From: Marsupella aquatica
Taxonomy: Eukaryota > Plantae > Marchantiophyta
Assembly (NCBI GenBank): GCA_973895155.1
Contig: OZ316893.1
Coordinates: forward strand, 17,178,670 to 17,242,669
Direction of reading: 5' to 3'
DNA: 64,000 bases
Part shown: piece by piece, positions 13,999 to 26,227 of the stretch
How the letters are laid out: the number at the start of each line of letters is the position of its first letter
Numbering within the stretch: position 1 is the stretch's first letter
Program-made: the position numbers and the translations under genes
The notes under the pieces: generated by a model
Told to the model about the DNA's origin: nothing
Databases searched by the model: none
Seen by the model: only the letters and a program-made list of their open reading frames with translations

Positions 13999-14626
13999 AT
14001 GCCTTCCAAACGGAAGCGTGAACCTGTCCCCCTTCCACCTTCCCAGTGTGCTCCCATCTTCCAAGGGGTCAAAGTCTTTTTTGTCCCAGGTATTCAGAGT
14101 GCAAGATTGAATATCCTTAGGAGAAAACTCATTGAGCATCACGGTACAGAGACACAATGTCAACTACAAGACATTCAAGTCACCCATATTATTGCAAAAA
14201 CATGGGAACATTGTCTGAAAATGGCATCTTGGTCGGTTTTTTATGACAAAGTCTTCTTGAGGCATGTCAAAGTACTTTCAGCAGAATGGATGTCTGACTC
14301 CCTTAGAAAAGGGACTGTCCAAGATCCTGATGATTACAATTTGTTTGAGAGCAAGTACAACAGCGTCCAAATGATGAAAGATAGTCGAGATTGGCACAAG
14401 GCTCGTAGAATTACAGGGAGAGGTGGGAGTAGGGTTCCGTCTATTGACCAGATCACAAAAGTATACAATAACATTATCCCATATGAGACAGAACCCATCC
14501 CAGACCGTACAATGTTCAGAGGTGTGAGGGCTGTTATACTTGACAAGTCTATCAAGCCATATAGGGTCTGTCGTTTCAAGAGGGAGATCAGTAGAAGAGG
14601 TGGTACAGTGATTGAGAAGCTCACTA
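13999..14626 (+). CDS. BRCT exon (DNA polymerase lambda-like BRCT plus the start of a second BRCT), predicted first coding exon of the CACTA transposase gene
   Basis: IFQGVKVFFV..IQSARLNILRRKL..VTHIIA..VLSAEWMSDSLRKG..DYNL, then MFRGVRAVIL..RRGGTVIEKLT. Donor GTGAGT at 14627. Confidence 0.75.
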
Positions 14627-14719
14627 GTGAGTATACACCGTGTCTGTGATATTTCCTTCATGAAACTTGCATGTGTCCCTCCATGTACTTAGAATATGCA
14701 ATTGTATAAGCCTGTCTAG

Positions 14720-17700
14720 TGCAAAGGGTACATAGCCAAGGTGTGCCTATGACAGTTGAAGGTATGGATGGACAATTGGGGCAAAGGAATCAGACACATA
14801 CCAATGAACTGCAACTCCCTTTGCATCACCCACTGAGGATTGCACGTCATGACTCCAAGTTGTGGAATAGAGAGGTGCTTAGAGCAAGCCGGGGCAGAAA
14901 TGCCCGGATGAGATGCCCCTGCATGCAATGTCGAGGATACCACTCGATGACCCTAAACCAAGTGCATTCTCATCTTCAAAGGCATGGAAGACATCCAGTC
15001 CGCAGGGTGTGGAATGTGCCAGAGGAAGAGGATTCATCGGATGATGAATGGAGGGCAGATTTTGAAAATGTGAATACAGCAAGACGCTCTGCATTCTTTC
15101 ATAATGTCACTGGTCATGCAGGCTACAATGCCGAAGATGAGTATGTTCCACAGGGAGGTCCCGAGACTTCTAATGAGGACGGGGCAGATGTTCCTAGGAT
15201 GGTTTCGGACATTTTTGAAGACCTGGATGCACTTTATGAAGATGCAGAGGCACAGGGGGACAAAGAGGCAGACATGCATGGTGCAGGCCCGTCGGACCAA
15301 GAAGAGTTTGACATTGGAGAAGGAGTTGGAGATGATGGTCAATTCTTGGGAGTTGGGGTCTACTTGGAGGAAGCTACGTCCCCATTGTATGGTGGTGCAA
15401 ATTGCTCCAAACTAGGGTTCATAGTGATGTTCCTCAATATATGTGGATGTCACCATGTGCCCAACATATGTGTAACAGAGTTGTTGATGTTCCTACAAAC
15501 TACCCGCTGGAAACATTGCTCCTAAGAACATGTATGAGGCAAAGAAGGTGATGAGCAAACTTGGTTTGAATTATGTGTCCATCCATGCATGCCCAGATGG
15601 CCATGTACTTTTCAGAAAAGAATATGTTGATTGCCTATCCTGCCCTATCTGCGGAAAGCACAGATATAAGAACGTGGGGAAGTCAACTCAACCTGCTAAG
15701 GTCCTACGGCATTTCCCTCTCATTCCAAGATTGCAGCGCCTCTATAGGTGTCCATCCATTTCTAAGATGATGACTTGGACCTCTGATCACAAGAGTACAG
15801 ATGGTTTGCAACGTCACGTTGGAGATTCCAACCATTGGAAGTACATAGATGAGAAGTGGCCGAACTTTGTAGCAGAGAGTAGAAATGTGAGGTTTGGTCT
15901 AAGCCTCGATGGTGCTAATCCATTTGGAGACAAGAACAATGTGTATTCTTGCTGGCCAGTGACTTTGATAAATTATAATCTCCCGCCTTGCATATCCACC
16001 AAGCGTTTTTTTGTGATCTTGTGTCTTATGATTCCCGGCCCAAACTCTGCTATAAGTGCAAACATAGATGTTTGGTTGGCCCCTGCTGTGGAGGAATGGG
16101 TTATTCTATGGACACATGGAGTTATGACAGTTGATGCACTTTGTGGACCTGGTAGACCGAGGACATTCAACCTACGTGCAATGTGTGTTAATTCGATAGC
16201 AGACTACCCTGGACATAGCATGATATCTGGGCAGGTAGGGAAGGGATATCTGGGTTGCACACGATGTTACATCTGAACGGTCTGCTTCCTTGGGCAGTAT
16301 CAAATTCATGGGCCACAGGCGATATCTTCCTGCCGACCACCCTTTCAGGCACAGGCCATCCCACATAGCCCGCTTCAACAACCAGAGGGAGCTTCGAGAG
16401 TCTCCTCTGTTGGTTAGTAGAGATCAACTTCTGCAGTGGGGACTAAACAAGGTGTCTTATGATGAATATGGTGCTTCCAGAGACGTGCCAGACGACCCAG
16501 CAAAGACTCATGGCATCAAAAGGCAGACAATCATGGACACATCATTGGAGTATTGGAAGGTAACATTTGCATATTCACTTGTACTCAGTGAACCTATTCA
16601 CAACAGTTTTTAGTTATTGTGTCTGAACCTAATTGTGGCAATCATGCGTACTTCATGGGTGCAGGATTTTGAACCAAGCAAACATAACATTGATGTAATG
16701 CACATTGAGAAGAATGTATGCGAAAGTCTTTTGAAGTTTCTGTCAAGGGATAACGATACTGCAGCAGTACGAAAGGACCTTCAGGAGAAGGGCATTCGTC
16801 CTCAACTTTGGCTGCAAGAATCCCAAAATAGGCCGGGTGTGGTATTCAAGTACCAAGCTCCATATGTTTGCACCCAGAACGAGTGGAACACAGTTTTGTC
16901 TAGGCTGAGTTCGTTCAGAGTACCCTCTGGGTATGCTGGAGCCTTTGCAAAGCATATAAGGAAGAAGAAGTTGGGAAGCATGAAAACTCATGACTTCCAT
17001 GTTATGATGCAAGACATTCTACCAGTATGTCTGAGGGGATTGATGCAAAAACCAGTTTGCAATGTCATTTTGAGATTGTGTCAGATCTTTTGCCGTATTT
17101 GTGTCAAGGTGTGGGACCCTACAACATTTCCTCAATTAAAGGCAGATACTGTGCGTGTGCTTTGTGACTTGGAGATCTATTTCCCGCCAACATTTTTTGA
17201 TGTCATGACTCATTTGATCATCCATGCGGTTGAAGATTTGGGCCACTATGGCCCAGTGAGTACAAGGTGGATGTATCCAATGGAACGGTACATGAAGTTG
17301 CTAAAAGGCCATGTACGTACTTATTACAGGCCTAAAGCAAGCATGGCTCTCGGTTACATTCAAGAAGAGACCTTGGGGTTCCTAACAGAATACATGGCTG
17401 GTGTAGACAGTGTTACGGGCAGGGTGTGGGATGCTGAGGAAGAAGAGGGGGTGGCTGGAGAGGTTCTTCAAGGCACTTTTACTTCCATGCAATTGTCTGC
17501 AGAAGTTTGTGATGCAGCACACTTATATGTGTTACACAATACAGTCATGATGCAACCTTGGTGGCAGTGAGTACTCATGTTTCCGCACCCTCCCTGCATT
17601 CCTTCTTTATTCATATCCATTTTGGTAGGATATGTACATTGTATTGAGAAATTGTTCTCATTGTCATCATTGTATGCAGGGAATATAATGTGCAGAAGGC

Positions 17701-18286
17701 CACCCAATTAGGGTTAAATCACCAGGCATTCCCTACTTTTCCTGAGTGGATCAGGACAACAATTTGAGAGCATAGCAGGCAAAACCCAAACATGGATAGA
17801 GATGTTCTCCTCTTGTCTGTGCCTCCCAGACGTATTGTACAGCGGTATAAACGGATGAAAGCATATGGGAATCAGTACCGTGTGCATGATGATGAGGACA
17901 AGCATTTAGTGACATATAATTCGGGGGTAATATCTGTGTTTGAGCATATAGATGCTCAGAACAATAGGGGCTGCATGGAGATGGGATATGTCGGGGAGTT
18001 GGCAGACATCTGGGCACTGAATTATGGGAACACAACACAACAAATCATCCTAATGAAAGGTTCATGGGTGAAGCCAGATTGGCATGGGCCAAGAGCAACC
18101 ATGAAACGGGATATGGATGGCTTTCTAATGGTCAATTTTAACCAAAGACTGGCAGAATGGATGGAGCCTTTTGTGTTCCCAAGTCAAGTCGAGCAAGTGT
18201 TTTTTTTAGATGTGGAGGAGTCTCGTGGTTGGCATGTAGTCTGCCATAGCTCACCTAGAGTTCGAAGGATGGAGGTACTAAAATAG
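14720..18286 (+). pseudogene. CACTA TnpD-like transposase (transposase-associated, Tnp2/Transposase_21, DUF4218-, DUF4216-like regions)
   Basis: CPCMQC; IHACPDG; LRHFPLIPRLQRLY; RNVRFGLSLDGANPF; SIADYPG; DVMHIEKNVCE; FPPTFFDVMTHLIIH; RWMYPMERYMK; EPFVFPSQVEQVFF. Introns ~16560-16664 and ~17568-17679. Frameshifts near 15505 and 16275. Confidence 0.95.
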
Positions 18287-18803
18287 AGTTCAGTTTGGAT
18301 GCACATGGGGCCTTTGAACAGCCGGCAGTAGACGTTGTACATCGGGGCCAGGGGACCAGGGAGTACATCCCCTTGACAGTGAGACAGACTTATGAGGGAG
18401 AGGTTGAAGCTGAGATGGACGAAGATGATGAGTAGATGGATCTGTTTTGTTGTGAGTAGGTGACTCTTTGAAGTGCAATGAGTAGCAAATATGAGCAATA
18501 AATGGATGACTTGTTTGTGCAACCGTAGCAACTTGGTGAGTAGGATGCCAGACAAAAATGGCATGTGTGAGTATGAGAAGCAGGCTGTCAAACACCGAGC
18601 ATGGGTTCAGCAATGTGCCGCAGCCCTATTGGGTGATGTGCAAGAGGCTATTTTGGATATGTAAGGGAACTGTGCATAGTATGAGCTATATGCGTATGTC
18701 CTTGTGTGCGTCTATTCATTGTGTAGCTTCTGTAATGGACTACTACATTCATAACCCGTGTCAAATTTCATGTGGGTGTTGCAGTAACAAAATTATCCCA
18801 ACA

Positions 18804-21714
18804 ATGTCGAAGCGGAGTCATTGTAGACGGAAGACCTTTTGTAATCCTGACGGACCTAGGCGACGCAGTGAGAGGTTGACTTCAAAGACCCCTATTTCAA
18901 TGGTTGAATCTCCTGATAAGAATGAGGTAGAGGATTGCATACCTAATGGTGGTGATACAGAATATGATCCTGACCAAGATCCGAATGCAAGTGCTAGCAT
19001 GTCATCGGATGATGACATGCCAAATCCTACCCCTCCACCAAAGCCTGCTTGCAGTAAGGCAACTGGGGGAACTTCTATGAGATCTCGACCAACGCCCTCT
19101 GTATACTCAGCCCAAGCCCCGAGCAACAACAATTGCAATAACCCGCAATTTAATGCCCCCAACTCTAACTGGCCGCAAGCACGACAGGGGGGCAATAACT
19201 ATGGCGGGTCTATGGGTGTAGGCCCTTCTGCTAGCTATATGGGTCCTAGTTGGCCAAGTAAGTGTGAACATTTGAATTTGTTTCATGAATGTGGACAAGT
19301 GTATTTTGAGCTGCAATTGGCTGCTTGTGTTCCTCAATAGATGTGGGTCTGAGTATGACAATTTTCCTGGTCTGATGTGAGTGGCAGACCCAATGTGGGA
19401 CCGTATGCAGCCCACAAATATGTATGAAGGAGGGTCAATGGGGCCATCGGGGCAATTCATGGGAGGTCCTCATCCAATGGGGACAGGATGACAAGGTTAT
19501 GGTGGGTATGGTGGGAACCCAGCACCAGCACTAGCACCAGCACCTTCAATCCAACCGACAAAGACTCTGCGGAGGGGAGGAGGTATTTTCTACAGCAGTT
19601 GTAAGTAAAGTATTTAAATCAGGTAATTCACAGAGACCATATGATATTAATGGTGTTAATTGCGTTTCTCTTTTCAGATAACCCTATCACACCCCGCGCA
19701 AGCCATGGGGGAGGAACTCCTGGATTTGCAACACCAAGTAGTGCGTCAGGGAGCACTGGGAGAGGTGAGAATGTGAAGCTGGGTACTGTCGAAGTTGATG
19801 ATGAAGGCCGGATCACAACGATGAGTGCTGGAAAGAATAGATGGCACAATGACCTGCGAATGGAGTGTCTACGATGGTTGGACATTAGCTGTACTAACTT
19901 TAATTGTCAACATCCATCTGATTGGGAACTGGTTTGCAAATATATGCGAGACAAATGGGAATATTTGGGGAATTCTGGGAAAGGGGTCAGTGCTGATTGT
20001 CTTGCAGAATATGGACGAACTATCATGAAAATAGAGAGGCATCGATTGCACAAAGCATGGATTGCTGATGGCAGTAAAGCACATGCTGAAGCACCCCCAA
20101 GTGGTCATGTAGAACAATGGGCTCGACTAAGAGGGACATTCCTGTCTAGGGCAGGACAGGAGAAGTCTGCACAAATGATTGCTGCTAGAAATGCAGTGAA
20201 GAACCCTACGCTTACAGGGAGGGGAGGACATGCACCAGTAGTAGCCAAATTGGTTGGGTTCCCATGCCATACAAATCTGTATTTACATTTCAATATTGGG
20301 GTTGACTGTATGTAGTTGTAGCAGCATGGTACATTTAGGCAAGATTGACATTGAGAAACGTGTCTTGCAATGTTTATGTGCTCCAGAAAAAGCTTACTGG
20401 AGAGAAACCCACAAAAGAGGAGGTTGTGGCAGAAATCAAAAGGGTAAAGTGTGATGAAGGCAACGTTGGATCTAAACAGGTAATTTAGGAGCATTATTGA
20501 TGGACAATCTGTTGTACAGTCTTTCTTTAGATGCACAGTACTGTCAGCCCTTATGCAATTGTAAAATTGCTGAGAAGAGCCGTTTGGTTGGTGTATGTCA
20601 TATATAGCAGGGAGCAGTGTCTACCCTTACAGAGATATCAGACCGGTTGAAGACTGTGGAGAATGCTTGGCCATCAGTCGAGACTGGGATGAAGAGTCAA
20701 TTCAAGGACATAGCCAGTCTTCTTCAAAGCCAAGGATCAACCTTAAGGGAAGTACAAGCTGAATTACGTGAGTTGCGGGCGATGCACATTGTTGGCAGGG
20801 TTGAGCACCCAATTGCACATCCATTACATGAGCCTGCAAATATTGAGGAAGTTGTGCCTACAAAGAAGAGTGGTATGTGTCATCTGAAATCATGTTTAGT
20901 GTAGTGTGACTTTACCTGGGAATTTGAGGTTCATGGGTGCAGGATGGTTCAGGTTCAGGTTCTAGACCCTCAAGGTTTGTTACATTGTGCATCAGGTGAT
21001 CAAATTGCAGTGACTGCAGCAGATCCAAAGATCATCGAACCTGGTACAACTGTCATTGACAGTAAGTAAATGTTGGTTTGAATCCTCTGTCTGGCCTATT
21101 AATGTGGTTGAGTATCTATGCGATGTACGTTCAATTAGTGCAAACTTGATGGTTTGTTGAGAGCTTTAGTGCAAATATGCTTAGTTGTTGATGAAGGAAT
21201 TTGTGGCTGCTCTTGAGGTACAGAGCCAGCACAGGAGGAGGTGCGCATGCCAAATCTAGCAGGCAGGAAGAGGAGATGCAACTTAGAGGCTACCAAATTT
21301 TCAGATTCACAAGAGAAGCAGAGTGATGAGAATGATGTGGTTTTCATAGACTCTCAGCCTCCCTCAGGTATTGGAGATGAGTTTTCTCAATCCCCACCAC
21401 TGGTGAACATGGGAAAGATGAGGACCAGAAACAGTGGGAAGGAGACTTCGCCTTACAAGGCACCAAAGAAGAAGAGGAATATTAATTCTCCAAAAGGGAC
21501 AGCAGTGAGCATTGTAGTACAGTCTTCTAGGCTAATGGCAACTGATAATTCTGGTGTTTGTGTTGGGACCGGCATACTTCAAATTGAAGCAAGTACTTTC
21601 CATGGAAAGAAGGTATTTGCTGATCATGTTGTGTTGTTACTGACTGCTTTTAGGGAAATAGCAGTCAGTACTGCTGTTGCCATTGTTAGTTGGATTGGTG
21701 CTTTTGTGGCATGA
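18804..21714 (+). pseudogene. Second CACTA gene (TnpA/ORF2-like), multi-exon
   Basis: Position after tnpD. Exon 19678-20250 has the ORF2-like pattern P...EQWARL...F.S..GQEKS.QM..AR..VKNP..TGRGG. Exon structure is not fully resolved. Confidence 0.6.
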
Positions 21715-22052
21715 ATGACTCAGTCTCGAATATGAATGACATCATTGTCTACGGAAACTAGTGCGGTCAAATCAGTGTTACCAATCACTCATGGAAAACC
21801 CTATATGACTCGAACTAAGTCAGTATGAGTCACTTATGTTTGACTGATGTATAGATCTAAATACTTGACCCTCTAGTCACTAAAAAGACTATTGACACTA
21901 GTCAATAATATGACTAAGTCAATCAAAGTCACCACTTTTACGACTACTAGTTGCAAGAATGACGTCAGTGATCTAATGTCATAGATGACCGGTTTTAGTC
22001 ATAGTCAGTCGTATTTTATGGTCAAAAATAGGGGGTATTTCTACTAGTGTCG

Positions 22053-22238
22053 GTTCCGTGGGCTTTAGCTTCGAAGCTTGCGGAACTGCTTAAGGAGAAG
22101 CTGAGTGCTAGGATTCTCGAGAGGTCTGATGCTCCCTACTCGAACAGATGGTTTACAGTGAGAAAGAAGAATGGAAGCTTGAGGTTCATTCAGGATATGC
22201 AACCTCCAAACAAGGTGACCATCAGGAATGTGGGAGTT
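22053..22238 (+). pseudogene. N-terminal part of B reverse transcriptase
   Basis: ILERSDAPYSNRWFTVRKKNGSLRFIQDMQPPNKVTIRN, cut off by a second CACTA end. Confidence 0.85.
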
Positions 22239-23385
22239 CACTAGTACATATTAAGTTGATTTCCGATGCTCAATTTTTGCGAACAATCGGTGTCCGATTC
22301 TTTTAGCATCGGAAATTCCGATTATCACAAAATGGCAATATGCCATACTCTCGGCTTTGGATATCTTCATTTCCGATATAATTGACAACGAAACCTTTCC
22401 GATGCGTTAAAAAATGGATCATATCCGTTAGAAAACACATCGGATCCCTCAACAAAAACTTTGATTGATATGTCCGATGTTTTTTGTAACAAAAATGATG
22501 TGCGTTACAATATTGATCGGAAAAGTTCCGTAGTTAATAAGAACGGATATTATATCCGATTGTGCTAACATGGGAAAGTCCGATGCTGGGAGAATGGGAA
22601 AGTCCGATGCTGGGAGTATGGGAAAGTCCGATGCTAGAAGAATGGGAAAGTCCGATGCTAGAAGAATGGGAAAGTCCGATGCTGGGAGCATGGGAAAGTC
22701 TGGTTGTGGCAAAAAGACAAATTTTGATTGTGTTAGAATGAAAAGTTTTGATGTGTTAGATGGGGTATGTGGTTGCACCGACATACTCTTCCCAAAAGAT
22801 GCAATCATTCTTGCATGCATGAATAACTTTATACTTGAGGCAAATGGACTTGAGTGTTGTTTTTGCCTCCTTCCAAGACCCAACATATTGTTCCCTTAAG
22901 GAAATATGTGCTCAACATGCAGCCAAGTCCAAAATATATCATCTAGAAGGAGATTGCTTCTCCCATGTAGTCTTTGTTGCAAGTCCAACAACAACATAGT
23001 TGATAAAAGATGAGACAATCAGGAGCCATTGATGCTAAGGCTTTGGAAGGACCAAAATATCATCAATAACTAATAAGCCATAATATTATCCCATATAAAA
23101 TCTAATGAAGGAAGGCTTTACTATCGACGAATGACCCCTGCCAAATTTCTATTGGTTTCTCCTAGGGGAATGTAACAGGGTAACTAGAATAGGTCACTTG
23201 ATGCAAAGATCTAATCTCATGATAGAGAAAAATGGATCAAGAATGGGTCCAAATTATGGGTCTTAGTAAATTCACAAGTGTATAAAATCCCCAAACACTC
23301 TAAGTCAAACAACAAAAGTGCTAAGCTTGCATGTACAATGTAAGGAATAAGAACCACAAAGTTAAGCTCATGTTGGAGGAATAGC
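22239..23385 (+). mobile_element. Truncated second CACTA element (one terminus only)
   Basis: Starts CACTAGTAC exactly where B RT breaks off, followed by TCCGAT/ATCGGA subterminal motifs. No second TIR before B RNase H resumes at ~23390. Confidence 0.75.
22570..22702. repeat. 24-bp tandem repeat, about 5.5 copies
   Basis: ATGGGAAAGTCCGATGCT(G/A)G(G/A)AG(A/T/C) units starting at 22570, 22594, 22618, 22642, 22666 and 22690. Confidence 0.95.
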
Positions 23386-23387
23386 AA

Positions 23388-25142
23388 TTGGGAGCCGGGT
23401 GGGCTGTTGGGCAAGATGACGAGAATGGGGAAAGGTATGCAATCAGATTTGGGGAAAAAAAAATTACAAAAAGGCAAAGGAGATATGCCCAAGTTAAGAG
23501 GGAGCTTTGGGGTGCCAAAGTGGCACTCCATCAGGAGAGTCTAAACTATTTGATTGGGGCGCCGGTGGTGGTTGAGACTGATTGCCAATCGCTGTTGGGG
23601 ATGATTGTGAATTGTGACATGCCTGACATAGCGATGCTTAGGTGGATCGCTTTCATTCGGATGTTCAACTCTGAGCTAAGTCACATTGCAGGAAAGGATA
23701 ATCCGATCGCTGACATGTTGTCAAGGGCGAGATTCGGAAATGAGGTAGCAACGAGAGTTGGCGAGGTGACCAGAACCAAAAGTGTTGGAAGTCTAGAGTT
23801 CAAGGAAGAACTCTACTCAGGAGAGTTGCTGGATATTGGGCGTTACATTAGCACTTTGGAGAAGCAACCAGAGTGGAGTTACCAGGAGTTTGTCAAGATC
23901 CGGAAGAGAACTTACAAGTTCCTATTGAGGGAGGGCTACTTGTGGCGAAGGCATAAGGACCCAAGTCAGTTGTTGCAGAGGGTTGTGGATACTAAGGATG
24001 AGAAAGACCGAATTCTCAAAGAGTGCCATGATGCTGACATGGCTGGGCACAAAGGGGTGCATTCGACTTACAAGAGGGTTCAGAAGCTTTACTGGTGGCC
24101 AGGTTTATACTTGGCCGTTCGAGACTATGTCGAGACTTGCGAGATTTTCCAGTTTTACTCAAGGATCCGACATAGGGATGGATTGGTTCCGACTTACCCC
24201 GTGGCTCTACACTTTCAATGGGCTGTTGATGTGGTGTACATGCCGAGAGAGAGCAATGGGGCGAGATACTTGGTTTTGGCGAGAGAAGACTTGTCTTCTT
24301 ATGTGGAAGGGAGAGCGTTGGTTTCAAACACTACTGCTGCCGTTTGCTAGTTCATACTTGAGGATATCATTGCAAGGCATTGGTGCTTTACAAGGATCAG
24401 AGCTAATAGGGGGGAGCTCAGCTCCAAGGAAGCGCAAGAGTTTTTTGACCAATACCGCATCAAACTGAAGCTGACTTCGAGTTACAATCCGGAAGGCAAT
24501 GGAAAATCTGAAAGGGGGCACATCCAGATTGTGAGCGCTTTGGCTAAGGCTTGTGATGGGGACTTGGGTAGGTGGTTGAGTCTCCTTCCACTTGCTCTGT
24601 TAGCGGATCGGATGACTTGTAGCTCAGTGACCGGATACGTTCCGGCGGAGCTACTTATTGGGCACTTGCCGATGATGCCACTCGAGGAAGATGTTTGCAG
24701 CTGGCGACTGATTGGATGGAAAGATGAAGTTTTGAGAGAGGAGTTGCTGGCTTGAAGGATTGAACACTTCAACTTGTTACCCGCGAAGATTGAGGTGGCT
24801 TGGAAGCAATTGAAGATGGCGAGGTTAAGGAACAAGGGCAGGTTCGACAGGACTCATTGGTTGAGGCCTGTCTTGGTTAAGGAAGGGGATTGGGTTCTGG
24901 TTTACAAAAGTAAGTTGTACGAGCAACACTTGAGCCGAAACAAGTTTGCTCGAAGGTGGCAAGGTCCGTATGTGGTGGTTGCTGTTCATGCAAATACAAC
25001 CTACACTATTCGGGAGTTGGATGGAACAGTTCACCAAGTACCTTACGCAGGGAAAAGGGTGAAGATCTTCAAGAGGAGGACCAAGAAGGGAATGGACTCA
25101 AGTTCCAACTTGAGTGAATTTGAAGATGAGGCACTGGTCTAG
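23388..25142 (+). pseudogene. RNase H and integrase of element B
   Basis: GWAVGQ..RYAQVKRELWG..VETD (RNase H); ECHD..GHKG..YWWPGLY..VETCEIF (zinc finger); WAVDVVYM, YNPEGNGKSE (core); WQGPY. Internal stops. Confidence 0.9.
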
Positions 25143-25364
25143 GCGCATCTGTTGGACTTGAGTTTTGAAAGTGGCTTGACTGGTTCTGATTTGGATGAGT
25201 TGGACTTTGAGTTTCTGGAAAGTGGAGTGCCTAAGGCCGAGTCTGAAGGCTTTGGGTTTGAGTTTCTTGAGGAGGAAGTGGTCCAGGCGCATGGCTCAAG
25301 TTCGGACTCAGACTTAGAGGAAATCTGATGGATTGGAGCAGACCGGAGGCTGCTCAGGTTTACT

Positions 25365-25373
25365 GGGGGAGGA
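25365..25373 (+). promoter_or_regulatory. Polypurine tract of element B
   Basis: GGGGGAGGA immediately before the 3' LTR. Confidence 0.8.
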
Positions 25374-26223
25374 TGTCATGCCGAAAGATTTCAGCTCAGG
25401 AATGGCTTTTATAGGGGATGATGGGCGAGGCCTCCCGGTTGGGTTGCTTGCATGTTGACTCGGAGGGGCTGCTTGGTTGGATGGATTGAGGTTTGGTGAT
25501 TGGGTGACTCATCGTCACTAGGTTTGGTGTTTGGGTGAGTCACCAGGCTTGGAGTTTGGATGAGCCTCACTGATGGCAGTTGGCCCAAACTGGATGGTTG
25601 GGTTTCCGATGCTACTTAAGACTTGAGCCTCGGCTCATTGAGGTTGGCGATTGTCTATTGAGATCTGTTGAGTTGCGTTCTGTGAGTTCCGCTCTGTTCT
25701 GCGGAACTCGACTGTTGTGCGGCGGTTTTGGAGTTCTGGGCAAGTGTTGGATCCAGGTGTGGAGTTTTTTTATCTAGGCGGGGATTTCTCAAGTTTGGAG
25801 TCTCGTCGATCCAGGCGGGGATTTCTCAAGTTTGGTGCCTCGTCGATCCAGACGGGGATTTCTTGAGTTTGGAGCCTCGTTGGTCCAGGCCCGAGTTCCG
25901 TGTGAGCTGTTTTAGACTAGTGGAGTAGCTAGTCAAGTTTTGGTTTTGTGAGCTAAGGAGGATAGTTTTTCCGTCAGATTTTGAGTAGTTAGTCACTCGA
26001 GGAGTTCTACTCGATAAGTTAGAGGTAGCGGCCCGCCGTAGGGCCAGCTACTAGACTCTTGCGGGCAAGCTTACTCGAGGGCACCTATTGTAACCTTTGT
26101 GAGAAAAGTAAAAAAATATAAAGGAGTGAGAGTTTGCTCTGAAAAGTGCTTGTCGCCTATCCCAATCGCAACCAGAAACGTGCAGTTTGCCCGAGGAGCC
26201 CCTAACTTTAAGTCCTTGCAACA
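25374..26223 (+). repeat. 3' LTR of element B
   Basis: Direct repeat of 3606-4454. Confidence 0.95.
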
Positions 26224-26227
26224 ACGG

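Larger units (their letters stand above)
9619..22049 (+). mobile_element. Complete CACTA (En/Spm) DNA transposon, 12,431 bp
   Basis: Perfect 26-bp TIR CACTAGTAGAAATACCCCCTATTTTT at both ends, 3-bp TSD TCG (9616-9618, 22050-22052), internal TnpD-like transposase. Confidence 0.97.
3606..26223 (+). mobile_element. Ty3/gypsy LTR retrotransposon B (both LTRs present, three nested insertions)
   Basis: Direct LTRs 3606-4454 and 25374-26223 (TGTCA...GACA/AACA). ACGG flanks both sides (3602-3605, 26224-26227). PBS, PPT, gag, protease, RNase H and integrase are in gypsy order. Confidence 0.95.

Noticed and set aside
22449-22899. Repetitive ORFs (MGKSDAGR / ASDFPILP) and a possible CRISPR-like array
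   Set aside because: Translation of a 24-bp tandem repeat with no unique spacers; a TE subterminal repeat in eukaryotic DNA.
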